NCBI GenBank assembly: GCA_043747615.1
Contig: JAYTOU010000053.1
Span: forward strand, 32,001-96,000
Direction of reading: 5' to 3'
Length of the DNA: 64,000 nt
Origin: Myxococcales bacterium
GTDB lineage: Bacteria; Myxococcota_A; Polyangia; Polyangiales; Polyangiaceae
The position numbers and the translations under genes are program-made. Shown here in pieces: positions 37,692-49,421 of the stretch (positions are counted from its first letter, which is position 1; each line of letters begins with the position of its first letter). The notes beneath the pieces are model-generated. The model made no database searches, had not been told where the DNA came from, and worked only from the letters and a program-made list of their open reading frames with translations.

Positions 37692-38950
37692 CGCAGCCCG
37701 AAACGCCCATCCCCTCAAACCCCGTGAGCGATCCGTCGAACGAAAAGAATGAAGCCGCGGTGGCGTCCTCCCCTTCGTCTGCGCCCGGACCCGTCCAGGT
37801 GAAGCTGTTTGCGCGCACCGACGTGGGGCAGGTCCGCGAGCACAACGAAGACAACTTCCTCGTCGCCGATCTCTCCATGCGGTCGCGCGGGCTCCTCGAA
37901 GCCAATCGCGCCGCGCACGTCGGCCCCCACGGTAGCCTCTTCGCCGTTTGCGACGGCATGGGCGGCGCTGCAGCAGGCGAGATCGCCAGTCAGCTCGCGG
38001 TCGACATCATCTACGAGCGCATGATCGACGCGCTCGATGCCGGCGTTGCGCTCAACCGTGACGACCTCGCCCGGCGCTTGGTACGCGCGGTCGAAGCCGC
38101 CGGTCTGCGCATCTTCCAAGAAGCCAAGGTCGATCGCACCCGGCGCGGCATGGGGACGACGGTCACCGCGGCGGCCCTCGTCGACAATCATCTCTTCTTT
38201 GCGCAGGTCGGGGATTCGCGCGGCTACATCCTCCGCGGCGATCACCTCGTGCAGGTCACCCGCGATCAATCGCTCGTGAATCAACTTATCGAAGCGGGCC
38301 AGCTCACCGAAGAAGAGGCCGAGACTTTCGAGCACAACAACATCATTCTTCAAGCGCTCGGCACGGCCGACAGCGTGCAGGTCGATCTCACGTACACCGA
38401 GCTCCGAAAGGGGGACGTGCTCCTTCTCTGCTCGGACGGCCTCTCCGGCATGGTGCGTTACGAAGAGATTCGCGAAGTCCTGCGTACGTTCCCAGAGCCG
38501 CTCGATGCCTGCAAGCAGCTCACGGAGCGCGCGAACAACGCCGGCGGCCACGACAACATCACCGTCATCATCGTGCGCTTCGACGGCGAAGGACTGGTCG
38601 AGCTCGCGCCCGATACAGAAGTCCTCAAGTACAAGAAATATGCGCTCCCCGAAGAGCTCGCCGGTGACGCCGAGACGACCCGGCGCACGAGCCTGAGCTC
38701 CGCGATGCGTGCCGCGGCTGGCCGCGCAACGGAGGCCGTGCAGCAACACGTCGACGGTCAGGTCGCGGCATCCACCTCGATTCCACCCGACGCAAAGAAA
38801 GCCACCTGGCACGAGAAAGGCCCCCATGGCCCCGAGCTCGAGGAACGCATCGACATCCCCGGCACGCACGTTCCGACGTGGGTCGTGGTGGCGCTCATCT
38901 TCGGCGTGATGGCGATCCTCGGAGCTACCGCGTTTCTGTTTTTGCGTTGA
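37688..38950 (+). CDS. PP2C (Stp1/IreP-like) Ser/Thr phosphatase with C-terminal TM
   Basis: TDVGQVREHNED, VCDGMGG, MGTT, VGDSR, LCSDGL, GGHDNIT; GTGA overlap with the FHA gene. Confidence 0.93.
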   Translation: MTQPETPIPSNPVSDPSNEKNEAAVASSPSSAPGPVQVKLFARTDVGQVREHNEDNFLVADLSMRSRGLLEANRAAHVGPHGSLFAVCDGMGGAAAGEIASQLAVDIIYERMIDALDAGVALNRDDLARRLVRAVEAAGLRIFQEAKVDRTRRGMGTTVTAAALVDNHLFFAQVGDSRGYILRGDHLVQVTRDQSLVNQLIEAGQLTEEEAETFEHNNIILQALGTADSVQVDLTYTELRKGDVLLLCSDGLSGMVRYEEIREVLRTFPEPLDACKQLTERANNAGGHDNITVIIVRFDGEGLVELAPDTEVLKYKKYALPEELAGDAETTRRTSLSSAMRAAAGRATEAVQQHVDGQVAASTSIPPDAKKATWHEKGPHGPELEERIDIPGTHVPTWVVVALIFGVMAILGATAFLFLR

Positions 38951-39845
38951 GCGCGTTGACAGCCCGCGCGGCGTTGAGCGCGTTGACAGCCCGCGCGGCG
39001 TTGACTGCCTGGACGACGTAGGCGGCCACCGGATCGCGGGGGTCGATGGCCGTCGACTCTCGCGCGGCGGCGAGCGCCAAGTCGCGCTTCTCGTCCCCCA
39101 AGCGGGCGACGGCGATGAAGCTCCAAGCCACGCCGCGGCGCGAACGATCTTCATCCGACGTGAGCGGGGCGAGGATCGCCTCGGCCTCCGCGAACGCCCC
39201 CCGGCGTAAGAGCTGCCTCGCCACCAAAAGAACGAGCTCACCGCGGTCGCCAAACGACGCGCGTGCCCGCCCGAGCACTTCGTCGGCCTCCCCTTCCCGG
39301 TCCAGACGAAGCAGCGACTCGATCAGGCCCAGAAACCCTTCGAGGCTCTCAGGCGCAACCTCGGTCAGCCGGAGAAATTGTTCGCGAGCCTCTTCCCACC
39401 GCGCGCGTTCGAAAAGACGCCGACCAAGGTTTGCCCGCGCAGGCGCAAAACCCGGGTCGACCTTGAGCGCCGCGCGGTAGTGACCCTCCGCTTCGGCGAT
39501 CTGTCCACGCGTCTCGGCGAGAAGGCCGAGCGCGTGGTGTGGCGACGCGAGATCAGGATTGAGATCAAGAGCTTTGAGTAGAGCCTTTCGTGCCTTTTCC
39601 AGGTGACCTCGGCGCAGCTCGAGGAGCCCGAGGTTCACCCAGGCCTCCGTGAAGCGGGGGTGGTACTCCACGGCGAGCGCGAGGCGGGCCTCGGCCGTCT
39701 CCAAGTCCCCCGCCGCCAAGGCCGCCGCACCGTTGCGATTGAGCTCCAGCGCCTTCGCGGGAAGCGGCATTTCCGCAGCACAGCCCACGCCAACGGTGGT
39801 CGCAAGGAAGCAAACGACAGCCAGCACGACGAAGGGCGACCTCAT
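38925..39845 (-). CDS. TPR-repeat lipoprotein
   Basis: Lipobox GVGC; canonical TPRs (AWVNLG, ALDLNPD, ALKVDPG). Confidence 0.85.
   Translation of the reverse strand: MRSPFVVLAVVCFLATTVGVGCAAEMPLPAKALELNRNGAAALAAGDLETAEARLALAVEYHPRFTEAWVNLGLLELRRGHLEKARKALLKALDLNPDLASPHHALGLLAETRGQIAEAEGHYRAALKVDPGFAPARANLGRRLFERARWEEAREQFLRLTEVAPESLEGFLGLIESLLRLDREGEADEVLGRARASFGDRGELVLLVARQLLRRGAFAEAEAILAPLTSDEDRSRRGVAWSFIAVARLGDEKRDLALAAARESTAIDPRDPVAAYVVQAVNAARAVNALNAARAVNALNAKTETR
38944..39004. repeat. 27-bp perfect tandem duplication (2 copies plus 7 bp)
   Basis: GCGTTGAGCGCGTTGACAGCCCGCGCG at 38944-38970 and 38971-38997, then GCGTTGA. Confidence 0.9.
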
Positions 39846-39898
39846 GCCTCCTCGTCGGCCCTCTCAACCGAGAAGTTGCGTGCTAGTGTCCCCTACCT

Positions 39899-40156
39899 AT
39901 GAGCCTCGCGTTCACGGCCTCGCACGAAATTCTCTTCGAAGCAGAAGAGGCGACGACCGCGGTTTGCGATGCGTGCGGCGATCGGCTCCCCGCGAACGAC
40001 GTCGACGACGAGCACCTCACCTCCGGCCACGGCGTCTACCTCTGGGTCCGCGGGGGCGAAGTTCGCTTCGAGGAGGCACCGCTCTGCGCCTCGTGCGGGA
40101 CAGCCATCGGCGTGATGGCCTACGCCCAGTGGGCGATCGAAGAAGAAGAAGGCTGA
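39899..40156 (+). CDS. Small putative zinc-binding protein
   Basis: CDAC...CASC; 85 aa. Confidence 0.7.
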   Translation: MSLAFTASHEILFEAEEATTAVCDACGDRLPANDVDDEHLTSGHGVYLWVRGGEVRFEEAPLCASCGTAIGVMAYAQWAIEEEEG

Positions 40157-40174
40157 GCCGCACGCGGACTCGGC

Positions 40175-40996
40175 TTACTGAAGTGGCGGTTCGCCTTTTG
40201 CGACGCGACCTGGGGGCCTGCGCTCGAGTCGCTCTAGGCACAGGGCGCGCACCGCGGCCGAGACGTGTGTCGACTCGAGGACGAGACGCAGCTCCTGACG
40301 CAAGAGAAGCCCAGTAATCGGAGTGGCGATCTCGGGCGGCGTGTCTGGATTGAGCATGATGGCCATGCGAACGCGGGTGCGATGAATCCAACGCGGTGTC
40401 CGCGCGATCTCGGCGAGCACGGCAGGATCGCTCGGGCGGCGGGCCGCCATCCGCAGCACGTCTCCTTCGACGACGCGCGGGTTGCGTAGAACGCCTCGGA
40501 TCACGTCGGGGTGCGGATCCGCGAGGAGGCGATCGAGGAGCTCGCGATCCGGCCGACGCGCCATCGACTTTCGTTCGCCAAGCGTCAGGCTCCGGCCGTG
40601 GGCATCCTCGATTACGCGCCCCGGCGGCGTCACCGAATAGCGCGCGGCGACCACCGGCTGACGAACGACCCGCTCGAGCGCAAGGAGCGCACCCCCGGCC
40701 GTTTCTTCCCGCAAGCGCTGCACGGCTTCACGCGAGCGCTCGAGGGTGAACGCGTCGATGAGCGAAACGAGCGCCTCGAGGGCATCTTCTTCGGCTTGCT
40801 CCGCCCGCGCGCAAAGGCAATCGAGGGCGGGGGCGAGACCGGCTACGTTCGGCCCTGCGAGCACCGACGAAAAGAACGAGACCCGCAGCGCAGGATCGGC
40901 GAGGGCGATCGTCGTGCGAATGAGAGCGCCCGCTCGACCCTCCGGCGTTTCGTCCGCGCCCCGAGGACGCTGATTGCCGCGCCGGCTTTGGCGCAA
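40175..40996 (-). CDS. Hypothetical alpha-helical repeat protein
   Basis: LTLGERKSMARR, LLADPHPDVI, LRNPR, RVRMAIMLNPDTP helical-repeat pattern. Start uncertain: TTG 40996, just after the kinase stop. Confidence 0.7.
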   Translation of the reverse strand: MRQSRRGNQRPRGADETPEGRAGALIRTTIALADPALRVSFFSSVLAGPNVAGLAPALDCLCARAEQAEEDALEALVSLIDAFTLERSREAVQRLREETAGGALLALERVVRQPVVAARYSVTPPGRVIEDAHGRSLTLGERKSMARRPDRELLDRLLADPHPDVIRGVLRNPRVVEGDVLRMAARRPSDPAVLAEIARTPRWIHRTRVRMAIMLNPDTPPEIATPITGLLLRQELRLVLESTHVSAAVRALCLERLERRPPGRVAKGEPPLQ

Positions 40997-40998
40997 CG

Positions 40999-42468
40999 CT
41001 AGAAACCGAGCTGAGGGTTGAACGTCGGCTTTTTTCCGGACGATGCGGGCGCGGTCGGCGGTTTCACCGGATCGGTCGGCGGCGGGGTAGTGTGCACGGT
41101 GGGTTTCGCGCTGGTTGCGGGCACCGCAGGAACCACGGAAGAGGCGGATTTCACGGGCTCGGGGGGCACGGCAACGGCTGCAGACGCGACCGGGACGGCG
41201 GACGCGGGCAACGGTGGTACAGGCGGCGTGACGGCGGGGGGCGTCTCGGAGACGGCGCTCGTGCCGGGGGCGCCCGCGACGGGATGCTTCCTCGAGGCGA
41301 CTGTGATCCCCGCGAGCGCGGCGGCCCCGAGAGCGAGGACGACACCGAAGGCAATCCCGACGATGAGGCCGGTGTTGCTCTTCTGCGGGGGCGGCTGCCC
41401 GTTGAACGTATGGGTGAGGGGCGCTCCCGTGGAGAGGTTCCCTCCGGCTTGGGGCTGGTACGGCTCGAGCGACCCGGTGTCGCCGACGACGGACTGGGCC
41501 ATGGCCGATGGGGGCGTCTGCGCGAACGGTGGCAATGCGCCTCCAGCCGCATGCGCCGCGCGAGCCTGGGCGAGCTGCGCCTGGAGCGCGGCTCGATCGG
41601 TCACGTCCGATAGCTGCGAGACCCCGAGGGCGAGGGCGAGCGTGTCGGCGAACTCTTTCGAGCTCTGGAATCGCTGCGCTGGATCGCGCGAAGCAGCGCG
41701 AAAGAACCACCTATCGAACGCCATGGTCACGCCAGGAACCACGGTCGACGGCACCGGAACGGGGTGCACGATGATCTTCACCAAGAGATCCCCGAGGGCT
41801 TCGCTCTCGAAGGGCAGACGCCCGGTGTGGCACTGAAAAACGATGACGGCGAGCGACCAGAGATCGCTGCGGTAGTCGACGGACTTCGTGCCCTGGGCCT
41901 GCTCGGGGCTCATGTAGTAGGGGGTTCCGAGCATCGCGCCGGTCTTGGTGTTGCTCCCGCCGTCGAGCGCGGTGCTGTTGCTCTTCGCAATTCCGAAGTC
42001 GAGCACCTTGGCGATCTCGCGGTCGTCGTCGCGGACGAGAAAGATGTTGTCGGGCTTCAGGTCGCGATGAACGACGCCGAGGGAGTGCGCCTTGGTGAGC
42101 GCACGGCAGACTTGAGTGATGATCGTGACGAGCTCGCCGTTTGCGATTTTACCCGTCTTTTGTAGGCGCTTTCCGACGTCTTCGCCCTCGAGGAGCTCCA
42201 TGGCGATGTAGGGCCGTCCGTCGCAAACGCCATGGTCGAGTATCTGGACGACGTGGGGGCTGCGAAGCTGGGCCGCCGCCTTTGCCTCCCGTTCGAAGCG
42301 CTGGTGCGCTTCGGTCATGTTCGCGAAGTCACCTTCGATGAACTTCACCGCGCACGGGATGTCGAGCCCGAGATGCTGGGCCGTCCACACCGACCCCATC
42401 CCCCCGCGCCCGAGGAGCCTCGTCAGCCGGAAACGGCCGGCTACGACGGTATTCTCGACCAGCTCCAT
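40999..42468 (-). CDS. Membrane-anchored Hanks-type Ser/Thr protein kinase
   Basis: GRGGMG, AVK, HRDLKPDN, DFG, GTPYYMSPE; TM and Pro-rich tail. Confidence 0.95.
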   Translation of the reverse strand: MELVENTVVAGRFRLTRLLGRGGMGSVWTAQHLGLDIPCAVKFIEGDFANMTEAHQRFEREAKAAAQLRSPHVVQILDHGVCDGRPYIAMELLEGEDVGKRLQKTGKIANGELVTIITQVCRALTKAHSLGVVHRDLKPDNIFLVRDDDREIAKVLDFGIAKSNSTALDGGSNTKTGAMLGTPYYMSPEQAQGTKSVDYRSDLWSLAVIVFQCHTGRLPFESEALGDLLVKIIVHPVPVPSTVVPGVTMAFDRWFFRAASRDPAQRFQSSKEFADTLALALGVSQLSDVTDRAALQAQLAQARAAHAAGGALPPFAQTPPSAMAQSVVGDTGSLEPYQPQAGGNLSTGAPLTHTFNGQPPPQKSNTGLIVGIAFGVVLALGAAALAGITVASRKHPVAGAPGTSAVSETPPAVTPPVPPLPASAVPVASAAVAVPPEPVKSASSVVPAVPATSAKPTVHTTPPPTDPVKPPTAPASSGKKPTFNPQLGF

Positions 42469-42561
42469 TAGAGCTTAACGATAGCCGCCTTTTGGAGAGC
42501 CGCACAAGGTCACGGTGTTTTCGGGGTTGCGCGCGGACCGCGCCCGACTGATCTTGACCCT

Positions 42562-42915
42562 ATGCGAGTGCGACAAGGCGCCGGCGGCGGTGGCGGTAGG
42601 CCCGACAAACCCGGGAAAAAGCAGCAAGAAGACGTCGAGGTCAAAGAGCGGACGAAAGAGGTCGTCCCGCGCCGCTACCGTGTCCTCTTTCACAACGACG
42701 ACTACACGACCATGGAGTTCGTGGTCGACGCCCTGATCACCTTCTTTCACAAGAGCGAGACCGAAGCGACGCACGTCATGCTGACCGTGCATAAGATGGG
42801 AAACGCGGTTGCTGGAATCTACACGCGCGACGTCGCCGAAACGAAAGTGGAACAGGTCATGGATCACGCCAAGCAGCACGGAATGCCACTGCTTCTCACC
42901 GCGGAGCCCGAGTAA
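42562..42915 (+). CDS. clpS: ATP-dependent Clp protease adaptor ClpS
   Basis: YRVLFHNDDYTTMEFV, MLTVH, GIYTRDVAETK; abuts clpA. Confidence 0.95.
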   Translation: MRVRQGAGGGGGRPDKPGKKQQEDVEVKERTKEVVPRRYRVLFHNDDYTTMEFVVDALITFFHKSETEATHVMLTVHKMGNAVAGIYTRDVAETKVEQVMDHAKQHGMPLLLTAEPE

Positions 42916-45204
<2,289 letters not shown>

Positions 45205-45226
45205 AGAAACGCTAGACGAGTGACCA

Positions 45227-45242
45227 CTGCGCACATGTATAG
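45227..45242. promoter_or_regulatory. Candidate LexA (SOS) box
   Basis: Minus strand CTATACATGTGCGCAG matches 14 of the first 16 positions of the Myxococcus LexA consensus CTRHAMRYBYGTTCAGS as I recall it; overlaps a TATAGT -10-like hexamer. Confidence 0.5.
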
Positions 45243-45256
45243 TATCGTTCTACGTC

Positions 45257-46309
45257 ATGCGTGTGTTGCCGATCGCGAACCCGCCCAATCCATGGGCGAC
45301 GACGGAGATGGAGTACATCGAGGTCGACGGCGATCCTGACGGCTCGAACCCGGGCGCAAGGCTTCAGGTCTACGAAGATCACACGCGCAGCATTCTCTCC
45401 AAGAACGACAGCCCGGACATCGGCTTCACCTGGAGCATCAACCCGTATCGAGGGTGCTTCCACGCTTGCGCGTATTGCTACGCGCGGCCCGGCCACGAGT
45501 ATCTGAGCTTCGGCGCGGGAACGGACTTCGATCGGAAGATTGTGGTCAAGCCGAACGCTCCAGAGCTCCTCCGCGAAGCGTTCGACAAGCGCTCGTGGAA
45601 GGGCGAGCTCATCGTCTTCAGCGGGGTAACCGACTGTTACCAGCCGCTCGAGGCCTCTTACAAGCTCACGCGGGGCTGCGTCGATGTGTGTGCAGAATAC
45701 AAGAATCCCCTCGCCATCATCACCAAGTCGCCGCTCATCGAACGAGACATCGACGTCCTCGTCGAAGCGTCGAAGAGCGCGGACGTTCGACTGGCAATCA
45801 GCATTCCTTTTTGGGATCCCGAAAAGGCGCGCGCGATGGAACCGTACGTGGCAACGCCAGCGAGACGAATGCGCACGATCGAGAAGCTGGCGGCCGCTGG
45901 TCTCAGCGTGGGGGTGAACGTGGCGCCGATCATTCCAGGTCTGGGCGACGAAGAGATCGGCGATGTGCTCAAGGCGGCGCGGGAAGCGGGCGCCACCTTT
46001 GCGGGTAAGGTGATCCTGCGTCTTCCGGGGCCGGTGAAAGAGGTGTTCGAGCAGCGTCTGAGGGCTACCCTCCCCCTGCGCGCCGAGAAGGTCCTCCGTC
46101 GGATTCGCGATACGCGCGGCGGCAAACTCTACGACGCACGCTTCGGAACGCGCGGAAGGGGCGAAGGCGTTTATGCCGATGCCATCCACGCCCTCTTCGA
46201 CCAGACGGCCAAGCGCCTCGGCTTCCGTGTGGGCGTCGAGTCGGCCTCGCCCACGCGGGATACATTCGAGCGCCCGCTCGGGAAAAAGCGCCAGCTGGGG
46301 CTCTTTTGA
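45257..46309 (+). CDS. PA0069/Rv2578c-family (spore-photoproduct-lyase-like) radical SAM protein
   Basis: SINPYRGCFHACAYCYARP (CxxxCxxC), TDCYQPLE, IITKS, APIIPGL; C-terminal QLGLF clamp-binding-like motif. Confidence 0.9.
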   Translation: MRVLPIANPPNPWATTEMEYIEVDGDPDGSNPGARLQVYEDHTRSILSKNDSPDIGFTWSINPYRGCFHACAYCYARPGHEYLSFGAGTDFDRKIVVKPNAPELLREAFDKRSWKGELIVFSGVTDCYQPLEASYKLTRGCVDVCAEYKNPLAIITKSPLIERDIDVLVEASKSADVRLAISIPFWDPEKARAMEPYVATPARRMRTIEKLAAAGLSVGVNVAPIIPGLGDEEIGDVLKAAREAGATFAGKVILRLPGPVKEVFEQRLRATLPLRAEKVLRRIRDTRGGKLYDARFGTRGRGEGVYADAIHALFDQTAKRLGFRVGVESASPTRDTFERPLGKKRQLGLF

Positions 46310-46315
46310 ACGAGA

Positions 46316-46337
46316 TCGCGTGACGCATATCACGCGA
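46316..46337. promoter_or_regulatory. Perfect 8-6-8 palindrome, CRP/FNR-family-like site or hairpin
   Basis: TCGCGTGA-CGCATA-TCACGCGA in the intergenic gap upstream of the M1 peptidase. Confidence 0.45.
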
Positions 46338-46374
46338 CACACTCTGTCGAAGGTCGAGTAGGGTCCCACCCGAG

Positions 46375-48363
46375 ATGCGAAACGCACTCTACTTAGTCGC
46401 GATGCTCGCGCTTTTCGATGCGGCCCTAGAGCCCGCCCACGCCGACACGGGCGCGCTCCCGACTCCGCCGCAAGACCCGGCGTTCTTCGAGACCGACGCG
46501 TCACTACCGGCGCACGCCGAACCGGTTGCAGACTACACGCTTTTGGCGTCACTCGATCCCGTGGCTCACACCATTCACGGCGAGGGCACGATTCGCTGGC
46601 GAAACGCGAGCTCGACACCAACGCGCGAGCTGTGGATTCATCTCTATCTGAACGGCTTCAAGAACCAGAAGAGCGTCTGGATGCGAGAGCCGGTCGGCGG
46701 CGCGCGCGGAGTCGGATCGGTTCACGAATGGGGCGCCATCGACGTCCGAAGCTTTACCCTGCGCGAAGGGCCGAAGGGCGCGGTCGATCTCTGGCCGAAC
46801 GCTGAGCTGCACCGTCCGAACGATGAAGACGAGACGGACGTACGCGTGCCCCTTCCAGCAGATGTGCTCCCCGGGCAGGTCATCACGCTCGACATGAAGT
46901 GGGACGACAAGCTCCCCAACATCATCGAGCGCACTGGCTACAGCGGCAGCTTCCACTTCGCCGGACAGTGGTTTCCGAAGGTGGCGCGTCTTGAAACGGA
47001 CGGGCGCTGGGCGCACTACCCTTTTCATCATCTCGCCGAGTTTTACGCCGACTTCGGAACGTACGACGTGACCCTAGACGTGCCTGCGAATTTTTTGCTC
47101 GCGGCGACGGGGCCGGTGGTGGAATCACGCATTGAAAAAGGGCGGCGGATCGAGCGCCATGTTCAGGGGGACATCCACGATTTCGCGTGGACCGCTTGGG
47201 ATCAGTTCCTGGCCCAGCGCGAGAAGATCACCGGCGTCGACGTGACGATTTTCTATCCGCCCGGCTTTCGAGTGGTTGCCGAGCGCGAGATGCGTGCGAT
47301 CCGTTTTGCGCTTCCGCATTTCGGAAAGCGCTACGGCCCCTACCCGTATCCGGTGCTCACGATCGTACATCCGCCGAGCGAGGCCATCGAAGCCGGGGGA
47401 ATGGAATACCCGACCCTCATCACCACCGAGGGTCCGTGGTGGGGTCCACCCGGCGTGATGTACGACGAGCTCCTGGCGATCCACGAGTTCGGGCACCAAT
47501 GGTTTTACGGAATGATCGCCAGTGACGAGCTGGCTTGGCCCTTCCTCGACGAAGGCCTAAACTCGTACGCCGAACAGGAAGCGCTCGGCGCATGGCGCGG
47601 CAGCGGATCGGCGGCCGAGGTCTTCGCGCTCACCGTCTCCGATCGCACCCTGCACGCAATCGCTGGCAACAGCGATGCCCACAACCAAGCGGTCGCCCTG
47701 CCCGCCAACGCGTTCTCCACTGGAACGGCGTACTCGCGGCTCGTCTACTCGCGCACCGCGAGCATCCTGGAGACGATGCGCGGCGCGTACGGAACTGCGG
47801 CGGTCGAGAAGGCGCTCGGGCGTTACGCGCGCCAGCAACGCTTCAAACATCCGCGCCCCGATGACTTCATCCGGATTTTTTCCGACGTACTGGGCGAAGC
47901 GGGCGCACACAACCTTCGTGCCGCGCTCTTCGACAAAGGGTGGGTAGACTACGTCGCGGACGGCGTCTTCAGCGAGCACGTCTCGGACGCAGCCGGCCTC
48001 TTCGACCGCGACGGAAAACGCGAGCGCGTGGCAGAAGGAACGGGGCAAGGAAACACGTACGACGGGTGGGTCCACGTCACCCGCCGCGGGACGCTCGTCT
48101 TCCCCGTCGACATCGAGCTGACGCTGGTCGACGGAAGTGTGCAGCGACTTCGCTGGGACGGCGAAGGTGACAGCGTCCGCCTGCCCTACCACGGTACCGC
48201 TGCGCTCCGCGGCGCGGTGATCGATCCTGATCACGCGATCACGATCGACCAGAACCTCGGCAACAATCACGCGACCTCTGTCGGCGCGGAGGGCGGCAGC
48301 GCGCGGAGCTTCGAGCGCATCTCCTACATGAGCGAGCTTTTTTTGCAGGCGATTTCTCCATGA
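46375..48363 (+). CDS. Secreted M1-family metallo-aminopeptidase
   Basis: Signal peptide; GGMEYP; HEFGHQWF...LDEG (HExxH-x18-E). Confidence 0.92.
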   Translation: MRNALYLVAMLALFDAALEPAHADTGALPTPPQDPAFFETDASLPAHAEPVADYTLLASLDPVAHTIHGEGTIRWRNASSTPTRELWIHLYLNGFKNQKSVWMREPVGGARGVGSVHEWGAIDVRSFTLREGPKGAVDLWPNAELHRPNDEDETDVRVPLPADVLPGQVITLDMKWDDKLPNIIERTGYSGSFHFAGQWFPKVARLETDGRWAHYPFHHLAEFYADFGTYDVTLDVPANFLLAATGPVVESRIEKGRRIERHVQGDIHDFAWTAWDQFLAQREKITGVDVTIFYPPGFRVVAEREMRAIRFALPHFGKRYGPYPYPVLTIVHPPSEAIEAGGMEYPTLITTEGPWWGPPGVMYDELLAIHEFGHQWFYGMIASDELAWPFLDEGLNSYAEQEALGAWRGSGSAAEVFALTVSDRTLHAIAGNSDAHNQAVALPANAFSTGTAYSRLVYSRTASILETMRGAYGTAAVEKALGRYARQQRFKHPRPDDFIRIFSDVLGEAGAHNLRAALFDKGWVDYVADGVFSEHVSDAAGLFDRDGKRERVAEGTGQGNTYDGWVHVTRRGTLVFPVDIELTLVDGSVQRLRWDGEGDSVRLPYHGTAALRGAVIDPDHAITIDQNLGNNHATSVGAEGGSARSFERISYMSELFLQAISP

Positions 48364-49421
48364 CGGACGTCGAGCCGATCGAAGTCGAGCCCATCACCGA
48401 TCCGAATATCGCGCTGCCTCGCCTGTCCACGCCGAGCTTCGGTGACGAGGCGAACGACGTCGAGCTGGTGCTCCTTGCTAACCGCTCGATCCGCGCGCGG
48501 GCACGGCCCGGTGTGGTGCTCTTCTTGTGGCTCTACCAGCTCCTATGCGCAGTGTTCTTCGCGTGGCCGACCGCCGCGCTCGTGGGGCAGGCCTACCGAA
48601 ATCATCCGCGCGGAGATGCGGTCCTCTTCGAGCCCGGCGGCCTCGCCTTGGCCGACTTCGTATGGCGCTCGCGCGGATTCTCCGGAGCGCTCCTCGCCCA
48701 CGACACGATCGTCGCCATCTTCAGCGTAGTCGCGGGCCTTCTTCCGCTCTCGGCGCTACTCGCGTCGATGGCCTACACCACGCGTGCCCGTCGATCACCG
48801 CGCCCACGGCAGCTCGTTCGCTTCGCCTTCGACGCCTTCGGAAGCATGCTGGGGCTGTTCTTCATCGCGAGCGCTCTCGAAGTCCTCTTTGCCGGAATCG
48901 CGATCACGCTCGGAGACTACGTTACCGACTCCGGGCTCGCGCGGATGGGCGAAGCGCGCGCGGAGCAGCTCGGGTGGCTCGTCACCCTTGTCGTTTTTCT
49001 CATCGCCCTCGTAGTGGGCGTCCTGCACGATCTCGCGCGAGCCTCGGTGGTCCGCTTTCGCGTCGGCGCAACGAAGGCATGCGTGCTTGCGTGGAATACG
49101 TTCCGCATGCACCCGGTCTCTCTCTTCGGCTCTTGGGGCTGGCGCGCTTGCGCGGGGCTCGTGCCGATCGCGGCCGCGTCGATGGTGACGGATCGAATCG
49201 CACTACGAACGGGTGGCTCTCTCGTCGCCGTTTTCGTGCTGCACCAGGCGGTGGTAGTCGCGCGCGTGGCCCTTCGCGCGTCGTGGCTCGCGAGCGCACT
49301 TCGGGCCGTGGACGATGCCCACCGGGTGACCAGGTCGCGTGCTACTTCGTCGCAGAGAGCGAGCGAAAGAGCTGTTCGTAGCGACGTGCCGGACGCTCCC
49401 ATCCACGATCCAATCGCATGA
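48360..49421 (+). CDS. Multi-pass membrane protein coupled to the M1 peptidase
   Basis: ATGA overlap; about six hydrophobic segments. Confidence 0.75.
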   Translation: MTDVEPIEVEPITDPNIALPRLSTPSFGDEANDVELVLLANRSIRARARPGVVLFLWLYQLLCAVFFAWPTAALVGQAYRNHPRGDAVLFEPGGLALADFVWRSRGFSGALLAHDTIVAIFSVVAGLLPLSALLASMAYTTRARRSPRPRQLVRFAFDAFGSMLGLFFIASALEVLFAGIAITLGDYVTDSGLARMGEARAEQLGWLVTLVVFLIALVVGVLHDLARASVVRFRVGATKACVLAWNTFRMHPVSLFGSWGWRACAGLVPIAAASMVTDRIALRTGGSLVAVFVLHQAVVVARVALRASWLASALRAVDDAHRVTRSRATSSQRASERAVRSDVPDAPIHDPIA

